A stretch of DNA of 64,000 nt from Macrostomum lignano. Its lineage: Eukaryota. Shown piece after piece: positions 33,823 to 46,700 of the stretch. The translations under genes were made by a program, and so were the position numbers. Below the pieces are notes generated by a model. The model was not told the DNA's origin, made no database searches, and was given only the letters and a program-made list of their open reading frames with translations. Where the stretch lies: positions 186,001 through 250,000 of the forward strand of contig NIVC01000732.1 in NCBI GenBank assembly GCA_002269645.1, read 5' to 3'. Each line of letters begins with the position of its first letter. The first letter of the stretch is position 1.

Positions 33823-35508
33823 CAAATTTATCCCCTGCCCCCTTAAAATGAAGCCCGCTACTCTAAAATGAGTATTTTTAGGTTGCGCAATTGTCTGGTA
33901 CAGGGTGTAGTGTACTTTGGTGTCCTGTTTACACAGCTAATCGAATAAAAGTTTACGCAGTTCTATTTAGTCACAAACTTTAGAAAATATTTATACAACT
34001 GGGTCCAAGTATTTGCAAGTAAAAATTATTTATTTGTTAATTAGTTACAAAAGTAGTCTATGCTAGAACAGGTGTGATAGAACAGAACAAATATTATTTC
34101 GTCTCACTAACCTTTGTCCGTCCATATTTTTTATTAATAAATAATAACTTATTCTTGTTAACACTGTCGCTTGGGTAAGATGATATACGTACACGCAGGG
34201 TTATGGTAATGCGCGAACGCGATGTACTACTTATTTACAGACACGATGCAATTGTATGCATTGATGTTTTTAAACTTGCTAGATGTAATACTACTGCTGC
34301 TATGCATATACTGCTTGAATAAGTAGTATGCAACTGCTAAATTCGTGTGCCAATATTATTTTGGTCACATTACCAACCTCTGGGTAGCTTCTGGACGAAA
34401 ATGCTTATTAATTATAATACATAGTGCCTATTATATTTATACGAGATATTATGCTGATACTACTGACAATTATAGATGCAATAATTACAGCTGATCTTTG
34501 ACGAACTCTATAACTAAATGTAATAAAACGCCTTAGCCTGCAGTGCCATATTTTTAAATTAATGATAATTTGTTTTTTGTTTTGTACTTTTATTCGGCCT
34601 GTCTCTTCGATCTGTCTCTGAGGCGAAGGTTTCTATTCAATGTTTATAAATGCTGAAATCAATAATGACATTCAATAAATGCTACTTGTTGTTGTTAAAC
34701 GAGGGTGGGAAGCTTAGCTACCCGCGGATCAGCCCGGGGTGGGCTCTGCCGCGAGGGGCACTACCAGGGGCCAAGGCATTAGCTGTCCAGGGCCCGAGAT
34801 ACCCCATGGATGCATTGGGATTGGACCCGGCTCAAAGCGCGGGTGGGCGAGTTGACCCAAGCCTACGGTACAAGACACCGCCAAACCAACAGTGGAATCA
34901 GGGACGGTGCTAGGACCGAGTCCACCCAGGCCACCCCCCCCCCCCAGCTAGCGAGTCTTTGGGAGTGCGCAGAAAAATTGGAGAGCGAATTAGCGAAATG
35001 CTTGGAATACTACTAAGAAAGCAGTCCGAGTGAGGAGTTACTCCTAAACCTACGGAAATGGCTTAAACTATTGGAGCGAGTCTGGGCAGCTAATTACCAA
35101 GTGCGATCCTTACAGGGCGCCCTGAAGGTCTCGAGCCTCAAGGCTTTTCACTACCCAGCGCTATTTTGGAGTGAGTCTGGAAGGCTTGTATCCGAGGGGG
35201 AGACTCCAGGCGAGGCCAGGACTCCAACGCCTCTATTGCTACCAACCCAAGGGCATCGCCTATCCAGCTCAAGTAATGCTACTTAAATTTGTTTTACTTT
35301 TCGGTTAAATGAATCAACTATAAAACAAGAATAAGACAGTCTTTTACTACTTGTTTTCTTTACACTACTAAAGTAAGTAGTGCAGTTAGCAGATGACAGT
35401 ATATTATGATCAGAAAATGCAATTTGTAGTTTGAATTTTTCAGTATCCACAAGTTGTAACCGTTTTTGTAAAAATGCCAAGAGTCTGAGGTTGGCTGTGA
35501 TACTCGAG

Positions 35509-37251
35509 TCAGCCAGACTGATTTGCCTGCTGAGCCAGTCGAGTTTTGTTAACAATATTCGCCACAGTGAAATAATTGACAGTCAGCCCGTTCAGCACCT
35601 TCCGCTGCACCGACTTCCTGGTTCTCCACAGGTCCTCTTTGCCAATGTAGGTGAAGTCAAACAGTTCGGAGCCTTCAGTCTGGCACATTCGGTGATAGGC
35701 CTGGCACAGATCGGAGAACTGCGCTATGCTCAGCTCCCTCGGAGTGCACTGCGGCTGGGTGCCAGTCTCGGCAAACAGCCTGATAAGCAGGTCGCACCGA
35801 TCTGGCGGGAACAGGGTCTCCATGCAGGCCACCAGACTTTTGTTTGGGAAAGCGAATGCGTGCTTGACCAGCTTGTTAACGTAGGGATACGGCACCGGGA
35901 TCAGCGGCTGCCGCAGCGGCACCAGCCGTACGACTGTTACATCGACTTTAGCCTGCGGCAGAAATGCCCGACCGGAGATGTCGAAGCAGCGCCTGGCTTC
36001 GCACAGGTACTGAGTGAGGATGCTGGGCCGGCCGCGGCTGCGGGTCCACGTGTCCGCTAGCAGCCTGTCGGCGAACTCCTTCTGGAAGGTCAGCACCAGC
36101 GGCACACGACCGTGCTGCCAGACGCTACGCCGCTCGGCGATGTCCTGCAGCCAAGTCATGAGCAGCGGGGTGGAGATGTTGAATGGCAGGTTGCCAACCA
36201 GCCGGATTTTGGGCAACTGCTGGCTGTGCCAGTCTGCTGACAGATCCTGCTCACGCTGGGTGAACAGTCCGTCTGTGGAGAAGTTCACGGCGCTGGTGAA
36301 GTGCAGCTGGAGCGAGATGATTAGCGGTAGAAATATGATTTATTATATATTATTGGTTTGAAGCGATACTTTTAACTTGGATTAAGGATTCCTTCACCTT
36401 AAGGATTTGGGATTCTCAGACTGCGGATTTGGGATTCTCAGACTGCGGATTTGGGATTCTCAGCCTGGGGATTTGGGATTCTCAGACAGGGGATTTGGAA
36501 TTCTTAGACAGGGGATTTGGGATTCTCAGGCTGCGGATTTGGGATTCTCAGGCTGGGGATTTGGGATTCTCAGATTGGGGATTTGGGATTCTCAGCTTTG
36601 GGATTCTCAGCTTTGGGATTTGAAATTCTCAGATTGGGGATTTAAAATTCTCATGAAGATTTAGAATTCTCAGATTGGGGGCTTGGGATTCTCAGACTGG
36701 GGATTTGGTATTCTCAGATTGGGGATTTGGGATTCTCAGATTGGGGATTTGGGATTCTCAGATTGGGGATTTGGGATTCTCAGATTGGGGATTTGGGATT
36801 CTCAGATTGGGGATTTGGGATTCTCAGATTGGGGATTTGGGATTCTCAGATTGGGGATTTGGGATTCTCAGATTGGGTGGGGATTTAGGATTAGGAATTT
36901 CTAACAGCCAGTCACAAAGCGAACCTCCAAGTCTCGGTCGGCAGCTCGCACGCAGTCCTGCAGATTCTCCAGGCACGGCTGGAATCTCCTGTCGAGCTCC
37001 ACGCCGACCACCCGCTGGGCGCCCTCCCTAAACAGCTCCCTGGTGAAGCCGCCGGGGCCGCAGCCGATCTCCAGCACGTGACAGCCAGCCAGAGGTTTAG
37101 CGGCCTTAGCCAGCTTGTTCAACAGACGAGGCTCCAATAAAAAGTTCTGTGACAGTTGTCGACGCGCCCGAAGGTCAAGCATTCGCAGCAGGTCGGCGAG
37201 GCTGGGCAGCGGCGGCAGGCGGATCGCGGACTTCACAGTTGAGACAGACAT
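35509..37251 (-). CDS. TFB1M: Mitochondrial 12S rRNA dimethyladenosine transferase (KsgA/Dim1 family, TFB1M)
   Basis: Exon 1 from 37251 (RLPPLPSLADLLR...LSQNFLL...EIGCGPGG...VELDRRF) and exon 2 from about 36306 to 35509 (VGNLPFNISTPL, LTFQKEFADRL, AFLPQAKVDV). The exact junction is unresolved: donor at 36924 or near 36905. Confidence 0.92.
36395..36890. repeat. 22-bp minisatellite (GGGATTTGGGATTCTCAGATTG)n in the TFB1M intron
   Basis: Tandem units. Confidence 0.95.
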
Positions 37252-37339
37252 CGCTGAAATTAAAGAGTACAGGCTGTCCTTTTATTGCAAACTTTTGTGT
37301 CCGTTTGCCCTGGCCTGTATCGCCGGAGATCCGTCCCCC

Positions 37340-39530
37340 CGCTGTGAGATCCACCCCTTGCCCAGTGAGATTCGTCCCCTTCTATGTAAGATTCGCCCCC
37401 TGCTATATGAGATTCGCCCCCTGCTATGTAAGATTCGCCCCTGCTATGAGATTCGACCCTGCTTTATGAGATTCGCCCCCTTCTACATGAGATTCGCCCC
37501 CTGCTATGTAAGATTCGCCCCTGCTTTGTGAGATTCGCCCCCTGCTATATAAGACTAACCCCTTCTTTATGAGATTCGCCCCCTTCTACATGAGATTCGC
37601 CCCCTGCTATATGAGATTCGCCCCTGCTATATAAGATTCGCCCCTTCTTTATGAGATTCGCTCCCTTCTACATGAGATTCGCCCCCTGCTATATGAGATT
37701 CGCCCCTGCTATATGAGATTCGCCCCTGCTTTGTGAGATTCGCCCCCTGCTATGTAAGATTCGCCCCTGCTTTATGAGATTCGCCCCCTGCTATGTAAGA
37801 TTCGCCCCTGCTTTATGAGATTCGCCCCCTGCTATATAAGATTCGCCCCTTCTTTATGAGATTCGCTCCCTTCTACATGAGATTCGCCCCCTGCTATATG
37901 AGATTCGCCCTCTGCTATATGAGATTCGCCCCCTGCTTTATGAGATTCGCCCCCTGCTATATGAGATTCGCCCCCTGCTATATGAGATTCGCCCCTGCTT
38001 TATGAGATACGCCCCCTGCTATGTAAGATTCGCCCCTGCTTTGTGAGATTCGCCCCCTGCTATATAAGACTAACCCCTTCTTTATGAGATTCGCCCCCTT
38101 CTACATGAGATTCGCCCCCTTCTACATGAGATTCGCCCCCTGCTATATGAGATTCGCCCCTGCTATATAAGATTCGCCCCTTCTTTATGAGATTCGCTCC
38201 CTTCTACATGAGATTCGCCCCCTGCTATATGAGATTCGCCCCTGCTATATGAGATTCGCCCCTGCTTTGTGAGATTCGCCCCCTGCTATGTAAGATTCGC
38301 CCCTGCTTTATGAGATTCGCCCCCTGCTATGTAAGATTCGCCCCTGCTTTATGAGATTCGCCCCTGCTATATAAGATTCGCCCCTTCTTTATGAGATTCG
38401 CCCCTTCTACATGAGATTCGCCTCCTGCTATATGAGATTCGCCCTCTGCTATATGAGATTCGCCCCCTGCTTTATGAGATTCGCCCCCTGCTATATGAGA
38501 TTCGCCCCCTGCTATATGAGATTCGCCCCCTGCTATGTAAGATTCGCCCCTGCTATGAGATTCGCCCCTGCTTTATGAGATTCGCCCCCTTCTACATGAG
38601 ATTCGCCCCCTGCCCCCTGCTATGTAAGATTCGCCCCTGCTTTATGAGATTCGCCCCCTGCTATATAAGATTCGCCCCTTCTTTACGAGATTCGCCCCTT
38701 CTACATGAGATTCGCCTCCTGCTATATGAGATTCGCCCTCTGCTATATGAGATTCGCCCCCTGCTTTATGAGATTCGCCCCCTGCTATATGAGATTCGCC
38801 CCCCTGCTATATGAGATTCGCCCCCTGCTATGTAAGATTCGCCCCTGCTATGAGATTCGCCCCTGCTTTATGAGATTCGCCCCCTTCTACATGAGATTCG
38901 CCCCCTGCCCCCTGCTATGTAAGATTCGCCCCTGTTTTATGAGATTCGCCCCCTGCTATATAAGATTCGCCCCTTCTTTATGAGATTCGCCCCCTTCTAC
39001 AAGAGATTCGCCCCCTGCTATATGAGATTCGCCCCCTGCTATATGAGATTCGCCCCTGCTATATGAGATTCGCCCCTGCTATATAAGATTTGCCCCTTCT
39101 TTATGAGATTCGCTCCCTTCTACATGAGATTCGCCCCCTGCTATATGAGATTCGCCCCTGCTATATGAGATTCGCCCCTGCTTTATGAGATTTCCCCCTG
39201 CTATGTAAGATTCGCCCCTGCTTTATGAGATTCGCCCCCTGCTATATGAGATTCGCCCCCTGCTATATGAGATTCGCCCCCTGCTATATGAGATTCGCCC
39301 TCTGCTATGTAAGATTCGCCCCTGCTTTATGAGATTCGCCCCCTGCTTTATGAGATTCGCCCCCTGCTATATGAGATTCGTCCTCTGCTATATGAGATTC
39401 GCCCCCTGCTTTATGAGATTCGCCCCCTGCTATATGAGATTCGCCCTCTGCTATATGAGATTCGCCCCCTGCTTTATGAGATTCGCCCCCTGCTATATGA
39501 GATTCGCCCTCTGCTATATGAGATTCGTAC
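37340..39530. repeat. 20-22-bp minisatellite (ATGAGATTCGCCCCCTGCTAT)n, ~2.2 kb
   Basis: About 100 variant units between TFB1M and GOLGA3, with block duplications. Confidence 0.97.
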
Positions 39531-40721
39531 CCGCTTCAAAAAGCTGACGTATGAAACCAGCTAAATATAATAATTCAAACGAAGCAATAAAGCAGAAACA
39601 TGCCAATTCGGCAAACTAATCTTCAAAGCAAAAAAACGCAACTTATCAGAAAAGAAGAAACACAAAAAAGGTTTTGCTTTCGCAATATATGCTTCTATTT
39701 ATCTATCAACTTCAGCGCCAGACGAAAGCAAACTTGAAGTGACTTATCAAAGTAAAATGATGAAAACAAAGCGAATTATAAATATAATAATATTGCCAAA
39801 GGCGCCAGATCCAATATCCATTTGGAACCCGAACAGAAGGTACCACATTTATGGTAACAAAGTTAGCAAAAAGAAACTCAGGTAGGCCAGCAACCCACAC
39901 GGACACCCAGTGCCTCTCTAGCAAGTTATTGAAAATAAAACAAAAGCAAATACGCTTTGTCGAATGCTTAACTTTCACAATAAATATATAAGCATCTTCC
40001 AGCCTCAGTCTCCAATGCATCATACAAATTATTCGCGTAAAATGCAATTCATACTACTTGAGAATATAACAAACCAAAAACAGTATAATAATATAGCAGA
40101 TTATTTTTTCAAAATATAATGAAAACAGAAATCGAACCAAGATACCCAAATAGAACAGAGTAACAGCATAAAGTTAATAAATAATTTTATTAAATCAGTA
40201 CGCCTTAAACCCAATTACAATGTGACCTTCAGCCTTCAGCTTATAGTAGCTTATGTAAATAAACACAAATGATTAATAATTAATGAACCAAAACACTAAT
40301 ATAGGTTTTTTAATCTGGCCAGACTAAAATAAAAAGTAAATAACGGATCACAGCAAAGTTTTTAATGGCAATAATATGAGCCTGTTAATACAAGTCAATA
40401 ATGACATCTAATCTACGAGCGAGTCGAAATTAAAACAAATTAAAACTCTTAAAAATGAAATCTTCATCTGAAACTCTTTTTAGCAAAGTTGTTCTTTAAT
40501 GAGCACACAAGTTCAATACTTCAATACAGTTGTACAAGTTGGCAAAATGATGGATTTATGAAAACAAACAAAAACAGAGATAAAACCTGCATCGCGCTAC
40601 TGCTCGGCTCCAAAGTTAGTAAGTAGTTTGGGCGCGCATTTTAAGGCGACATTAGAAAAAACACAGCGTTAAGAAAATTGAAGATTTTTCTATCACAAAA
40701 TAGATTCCGGCTCTAATCGCA

Positions 40722-43700
40722 CTACTGATTCTCCTTGTCGGCAGTAGTCTGTTGCGATTCAGCGGCATCGTCTCCGCCGGATTGAAGTGCGTCGTCAGCC
40801 TTGCCGCAGGCCTCCTTCAGGCGCTCCGCCTGCTCCTCCGCCTCTCTGCAAAATGTTGCGCAATTCATGCCTGTTTATCTCACCCACCCAGGCCTGTTTA
40901 TCTCACCCACCCAGGCCTGTTTATCTCACCCACCCAGTCCTGTTTATCTCACCCACCCAGGCCTGTTTATCTCACACACCCAGGCCTGTTTATCTCACCC
41001 ACCCAGGCCTGTTTATCTCACCCACCCAGGCCTGTTTATCTCACCCACCCAGGCCTGTTTATCTCACCCACCCAGGCCTGTTTATCTCACCCACCCAGGC
41101 CTGTTTATCTCACCCACCCAGGCCTGTTTATCTCACACACCCAGGCCTGTTTATCTCACCCACCCGGGCCTGTTTATCTCACCCACCCGGGCCTGTTTAT
41201 CTCACCCACCCAGGTCTGTTTATCTCACCCTCCCGTGCCTGTTTATCTCACCCTCCCGTGCCTGTTTATCTCACCCTTCTGTGCCTGTTTATCTCACCCT
41301 CCTGTGCCTGTTTATCTCACCCTCCCGTGCCTGTTTATCTCACCCTCCTGTGCCTGTTTATCTCACCCTCCCGTGCCTGTTTATCTCACCCTCCCGTGCC
41401 TGTTTATCTCACCCTCCCGTGCCTGTTTATCTCACCCTTCTGTGCCTGTTTGTCTCAACCTCCCGTGCCTGTTTATCTCACCTTCCCGTGCCTGTTTATC
41501 TCACCCTCCCGTGCCTTTTTATCTCACCCTCCTGTGCCTGTTTATCTCACCCTCCCGTGCCTGTTTATCTCACCCTCCCGTGCCTGTTTATCTCACCCTT
41601 CTGTGCCTGTTTATCTCACCCACCCGGCCCTGTTTATCTCACCCTCACTGTCTGTAAGTAATGACCATTCTCATGGGGGAAATACGAGTAATGACCATTC
41701 TCATGGGGGAAATAATGACCATTCTCAAGTGAATTAATGACCATTATCAGAGGGAATTAATGACCATTATCAGAGGGAATTAATGACCATTATCAGAGGG
41801 AATTAATGACCATTATCAGAGGGAATTAATGACCATTATCAGAGGGAATTAATGACCATTATCAGAGGGAATTAATGACCATTATCAGAGGGAATTAATG
41901 ACCATTCTCAAGGGAATTAATGACCATTCTCAAGGGGAAATAATGACCATTCTCAAGGGAATTAATGACCATTCTCAAGGGAATTAATGACCATTCTCAA
42001 GGGAATTAATGACCATTCTCAAGGGAATTAATGACCATTCTCAAGGGAATTAATGACCATTCTCAAGGGAATTAATGACCATTATAAGAGGGAATAAACA
42101 GCAATTCTAGCGTGATAAAAGCACAAAAAGCTGAATAATCCCTCACCGCCACAGCTGGCCCCGACTCCGCACAGCCAGAGCGTGCTCAGTCATGTTCGCC
42201 GATAAGCCCGAGATCTGCGATTGCAACTCGTCCAGACAGGCATTCACGCTAGCCAGCGGCTGCGGCGGCCGCGACTGCCAGCACATCGGGGCGGTGTCTC
42301 CCACCAGACGCTCCAAGGCGGCCCAGTCGATTCCGCCATCGTCTGCTGAGGCAGCGCCGGCGCCCTCCTCAGTGGAGAACAGCCGGTGCCGGTCGATGGC
42401 GGACTTCAGAGCTCCGCGCAGCTGAGCCAGACGGCCCAGAGCGTCGAGACGATCGCGGCGAGCGGTCTCCAGCTCGGCTCGGAGGCCTCGATTCTGGCGC
42501 TCCGTTGATTCCAGCACCCGCTGCAGGCCGGCTAGAGCGTCGGCGCCGCTATTCTCGTTGCTTAGCAACCGAGCCTGCGCGTCGGCCAGCTGGGCGTCTT
42601 TCTCGTCGAGAGCCTTGGAAACGGTATCCAGGCGAGCTTGGGCTTCGGCAGATTCCGCTAGTTGCGATCGGGCGTCCGCCAGCTCGCCGCGAAGTCGCTC
42701 GAGTTCCTCGCGTTGCTTAGCAACCAGCTCGCGACCGGATTCCACTTCGCGCTGGAGACCGGCGGCTGTCTCCGCGTCACTGGGGATTTTTGATTTGGGT
42801 GGTTGGGGAATTAAAGACTTTCGGGAGACATTTGGGATCAGAATGACACCGAGGGGATCAGAATGACCCCGAGGGGATCAGAATGACCCCGAGGAGATCA
42901 GAATGACACCAAGGGGATCAGAATGACACCGAGGGGATCAGAATGACTCTGAGGGGATCAGAATGACACTAATGGGATCAGAATGACACCGAGGGGATCA
43001 GAATGACTCTGAGGGGATCAGAATGACCCCGAGGAGATCAGAATGACACCAAGGGGATCAGAATGACACCGAGGGGATCAGAATGACTCTGAGGGGATCA
43101 GAATGACACTAATGGGATCAGAATGACACCGAGGGGATCAGAATGACTCTGAGGGGATCAGAATGACACCGAGGGGATCAGAATGACTCTGAGGGGATCA
43201 GAATGACACTAATGGGATCAGAATGACACCGAGGGGATTAGAATGACACTAATGGGATCAGAATGACACCGAGGGGATCAGAATGACACAGAGGGGATCA
43301 GAATGACTCTGAGGGGATCAGAATGACACTAATGGGATCAGAATGACACTAATGGGATCAGAATGACACCGAGGGGGATCATAATGACACCGAGGGGATC
43401 AGAATGACTCTGAGGGGATCAGAATGACACTAATGGGATCAGAATGACACCGAGGGGATCAGAATGACACCGAGGGGATCAGAATGACCCCGAGGGGATC
43501 AGAATGACACTAATGGGATCAGAATGACACCGAGGGGATCAGAATGACACCGAGGGGATCAGAATGACCCCGAGGGGATCAGAATGACACTAATGGGATC
43601 AGAATGACACCGAGGGGATCAGAATGACACTAATTGGATCAGAATGACACCGAGGGGATCAGAACCCTCACCTAGAAGTGGCAGTGGCCAGCTCAGTCTG

Positions 43701-46700
43701 CAGTCGGGCCCTCTCAGCTCTCAGGGCGTCGCACTCCCCAGCGAGTCGGCCAGCATTGCCCAGCGCGGACTCCAACTGCTCCTGAAGCTGGCCTCTGCTC
43801 GCCAGAGCGTCCAGCAGTTGATTCTCGGCCGCTCGCAGATCGTCAGCCTGACGCTCGCCGCCGGCCTCGCGTGTGGCCAGAGCCGCTTGAAGCGCCTCGG
43901 CGTGCTGCCTGAGCTGAGCTTGGGCGCGCGCCAAGCCGTCGGCGCGACCTTTGGCGCGCTCCAATTCAGCGTGCAGAGCGCGATTCTGGGTGCGCCAATT
44001 CTGCGCCTCGGCCAGCTGCGCTTCAAGCCGGTCGGCGCGCTCCTTGGCCGAGGCCGCTCGGACAGACAGCTCGGCCGCTTCGGCGTCAGCGCGAGCGCGA
44101 GCTTCAGCCAGATTTTTGGCTGCCTCGGCTCTGCAGATGCGTAGGCGGAGTGCGGAGGGTTGCAAATTACCAAATCCTCAGTTTCTAAGCCAGCCTCCCA
44201 GATCCTCAGTTGCTGGGCCAGCCTCTCAGATCCTCAGTTTTTGGGCCAGACTCTCAGATCCTCAGTTGCTGGGCCAGCCTCCCAGATCCTCAGTTGCTGG
44301 GCCAGCCTCTCAGATCCTCAGTTTCTGGGCCAGCCTCTCAGATCCCCAGTTGCCGGGCGGTACTTACCGATCAGCCACAGCGGCCTCCAGCTCCCGCCGC
44401 AGCTGGGCCACCTCCTCGCCAGTTTCGTTCGCGCGCTTTGCCAGCTCGGCTTCAAGCGCGGCGCCGCGCGCCTCCGCCTCGGACAGGGCGGCGCTCAGTT
44501 GGCGCAGCTCCTCGGTCATTGCGCCGGACTCGGCAGCGTGGGCAGCCTCCCGCTGAGCCAGCTTTTCGGCCAGCGCGGCTTCTCGAGAGGCACCTTCGGC
44601 ACGCAAATTCTCGTGCGCTTCAACGAGCTCGGCGTACCTGACAGATGCGAGGCATGTGACAGGTGATGGCTTTGACAGGTGACGGATCTGACAGTTGACG
44701 GATCTGACAGTTGATGGATCTGACAGGTGATGGATCTGACAGTTGACGGATCTGACAGTTGATGGATCTGACAGGTGATGGATCTGACAGTTGACGGATC
44801 TGACAGTTGATGGATCTGACAGGTGATGGATCTGACAGTTGATGGATCTGACAGGTTATATGGATCTGACAGGTGATGGATCTGACAGTTGATGGATCTG
44901 ACAGGTGATGGATCTGACAGGTGATGGGCCTGACAGGTTATATGGATCTGAAAGGTGATGGATCTGACAGGTGATGGATCTGACAGGTGATGGATCTGAC
45001 AGGTTATATGGATCTGACAGGTGATGGATCTGACAGGTGATGGATCTGACAGGTTATATGGATCTGACAGGTGATGGATCTGACAGGTGATGGATCTGAC
45101 AGGTGATGGATCTGACATGTGATGGATCTGACAGGTTATATGGATCTGACAGTTGATGGATCTGACAGGTTATATGGATCTGACAGGTGATGGATCTGAC
45201 AGTTGATGGATCTGACAGGTGATGGATCTGACAGGTGATGGGCCTGACAGGTTATATGGATCTGAAAGGTGATGGATCTGACAGGTGATGGATCTGACAG
45301 GTGATGGATCTGACAGGTTATATGGATCTGACAGGTGATGGATCTGACAGGTGATGGATCTGACAGGTTATATGGATCTGACAGGTGATGGATCTGACAG
45401 GTGATGGATCTGACAGGTGATGGATCTGACATGTGATGGATCTGACAGGTTATATGGATCTGACAGGTGATGGATCTGACAGGTTATATGGATCTGAAAG
45501 GTGATGGATCTGACAGGTGATGGATCTGACAGGTGATGGATCTGACAGGTGATGGATCTGATAGGTTATATGGATCTGACAGGTGATGGATCTGACAGGT
45601 GATGGATCTGACATGTGATGGATCTGACAGGTTATTTGGATCTGACAGGTGATGGATCTGACAGGTGATGGATCTGACAGGTGATGGGCCTGACAGGTTA
45701 GATGGACCTGACAGGTGATGGATCTGACAGGTGATGGATCTGACAGGTGATGGACCTGACAGGTTAGATGGATCTGACAGTTGATTTATCCGACAGGTTA
45801 GAAATTTGAGACTGGCACTAACTCGAAGATCTGCCAACAGAGACAACCAGAGCCACACTCACCGATCCTGCACAGTGCTGAGCTCCGCAATCTGGCGCCT
45901 GGCATCCGACAGTGCAGTTTTCAATTCGCCAACCTCTGCTTGACTTTGCATGGCGCTCAATTCGGCCGCTTCCAATTTGGCGCGCAGATTGGCCAAATCG
46001 GCGCGCAACCCTGCGCTCTCTTCGGCTAGCGCGGCCAGCTGAGCGCGCGCCTCGTCGCGTTCTGTCACCGCGGCGGTGAGCGCCGCTTCCTGTTGCGCCA
46101 AATTATCGCGCGCTAGCGCCAATTCGTTAGCTAAATCGGCGCGCAACGATTCGGCGTGAGCCAATTCGGCTGCGCGCGCTGTCAGGTCGGCGCGCATCTT
46201 AGAGAAATTCTCTTGAACCCAGCCCATGTTGTCGCGCAATTCGTTAATTCGCGCGTCCAATGCGCGCTTCTCCTCTCGACTAGCGGCTAACTGGACCTCA
46301 GCTTCGGCTAGCTCAGCTTGAGTAGTTTCTAATTCTGCGCCACGCGCGGCGCCGTCAAAGCGCGCCGAATCTAATTGGCGCGCAGATTCGGCTAGTTCAG
46401 CTCGAGCCGCCTCCAATTCAACAGCTGCCGCGGCCGCCTGACCATCCAGATGGGCGACTCGGGCGCCGAGAGTGGCGCGCTCTGTCTCGGCGGCCTCGAG
46501 AGCGGCCTCGCGCTCAGCCAGTGCGGCAGCTTGACGTTCGGCTTCCAGTTCGGCTTCGCGCAGAGCGTCGGCCAGCTTGTCGAAAGCCTGCCGCTCCCTG
46601 GCCAGCTGGTCGGTCTTGAAGTCCAGAGCCTCCTGCAGCGCGGCCCGCTCGGTCATGGAGGCCTCTAGCAGGGCCTCGCGTTCAACAATCTCGGCTTTGA

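Noticed and set aside
34741-34800. Possible HDV-like ribozyme (GGGCTCT/AGGGCCC pairing)
   Set aside because: P3/L3 and the P1.1 GG could not be formed.
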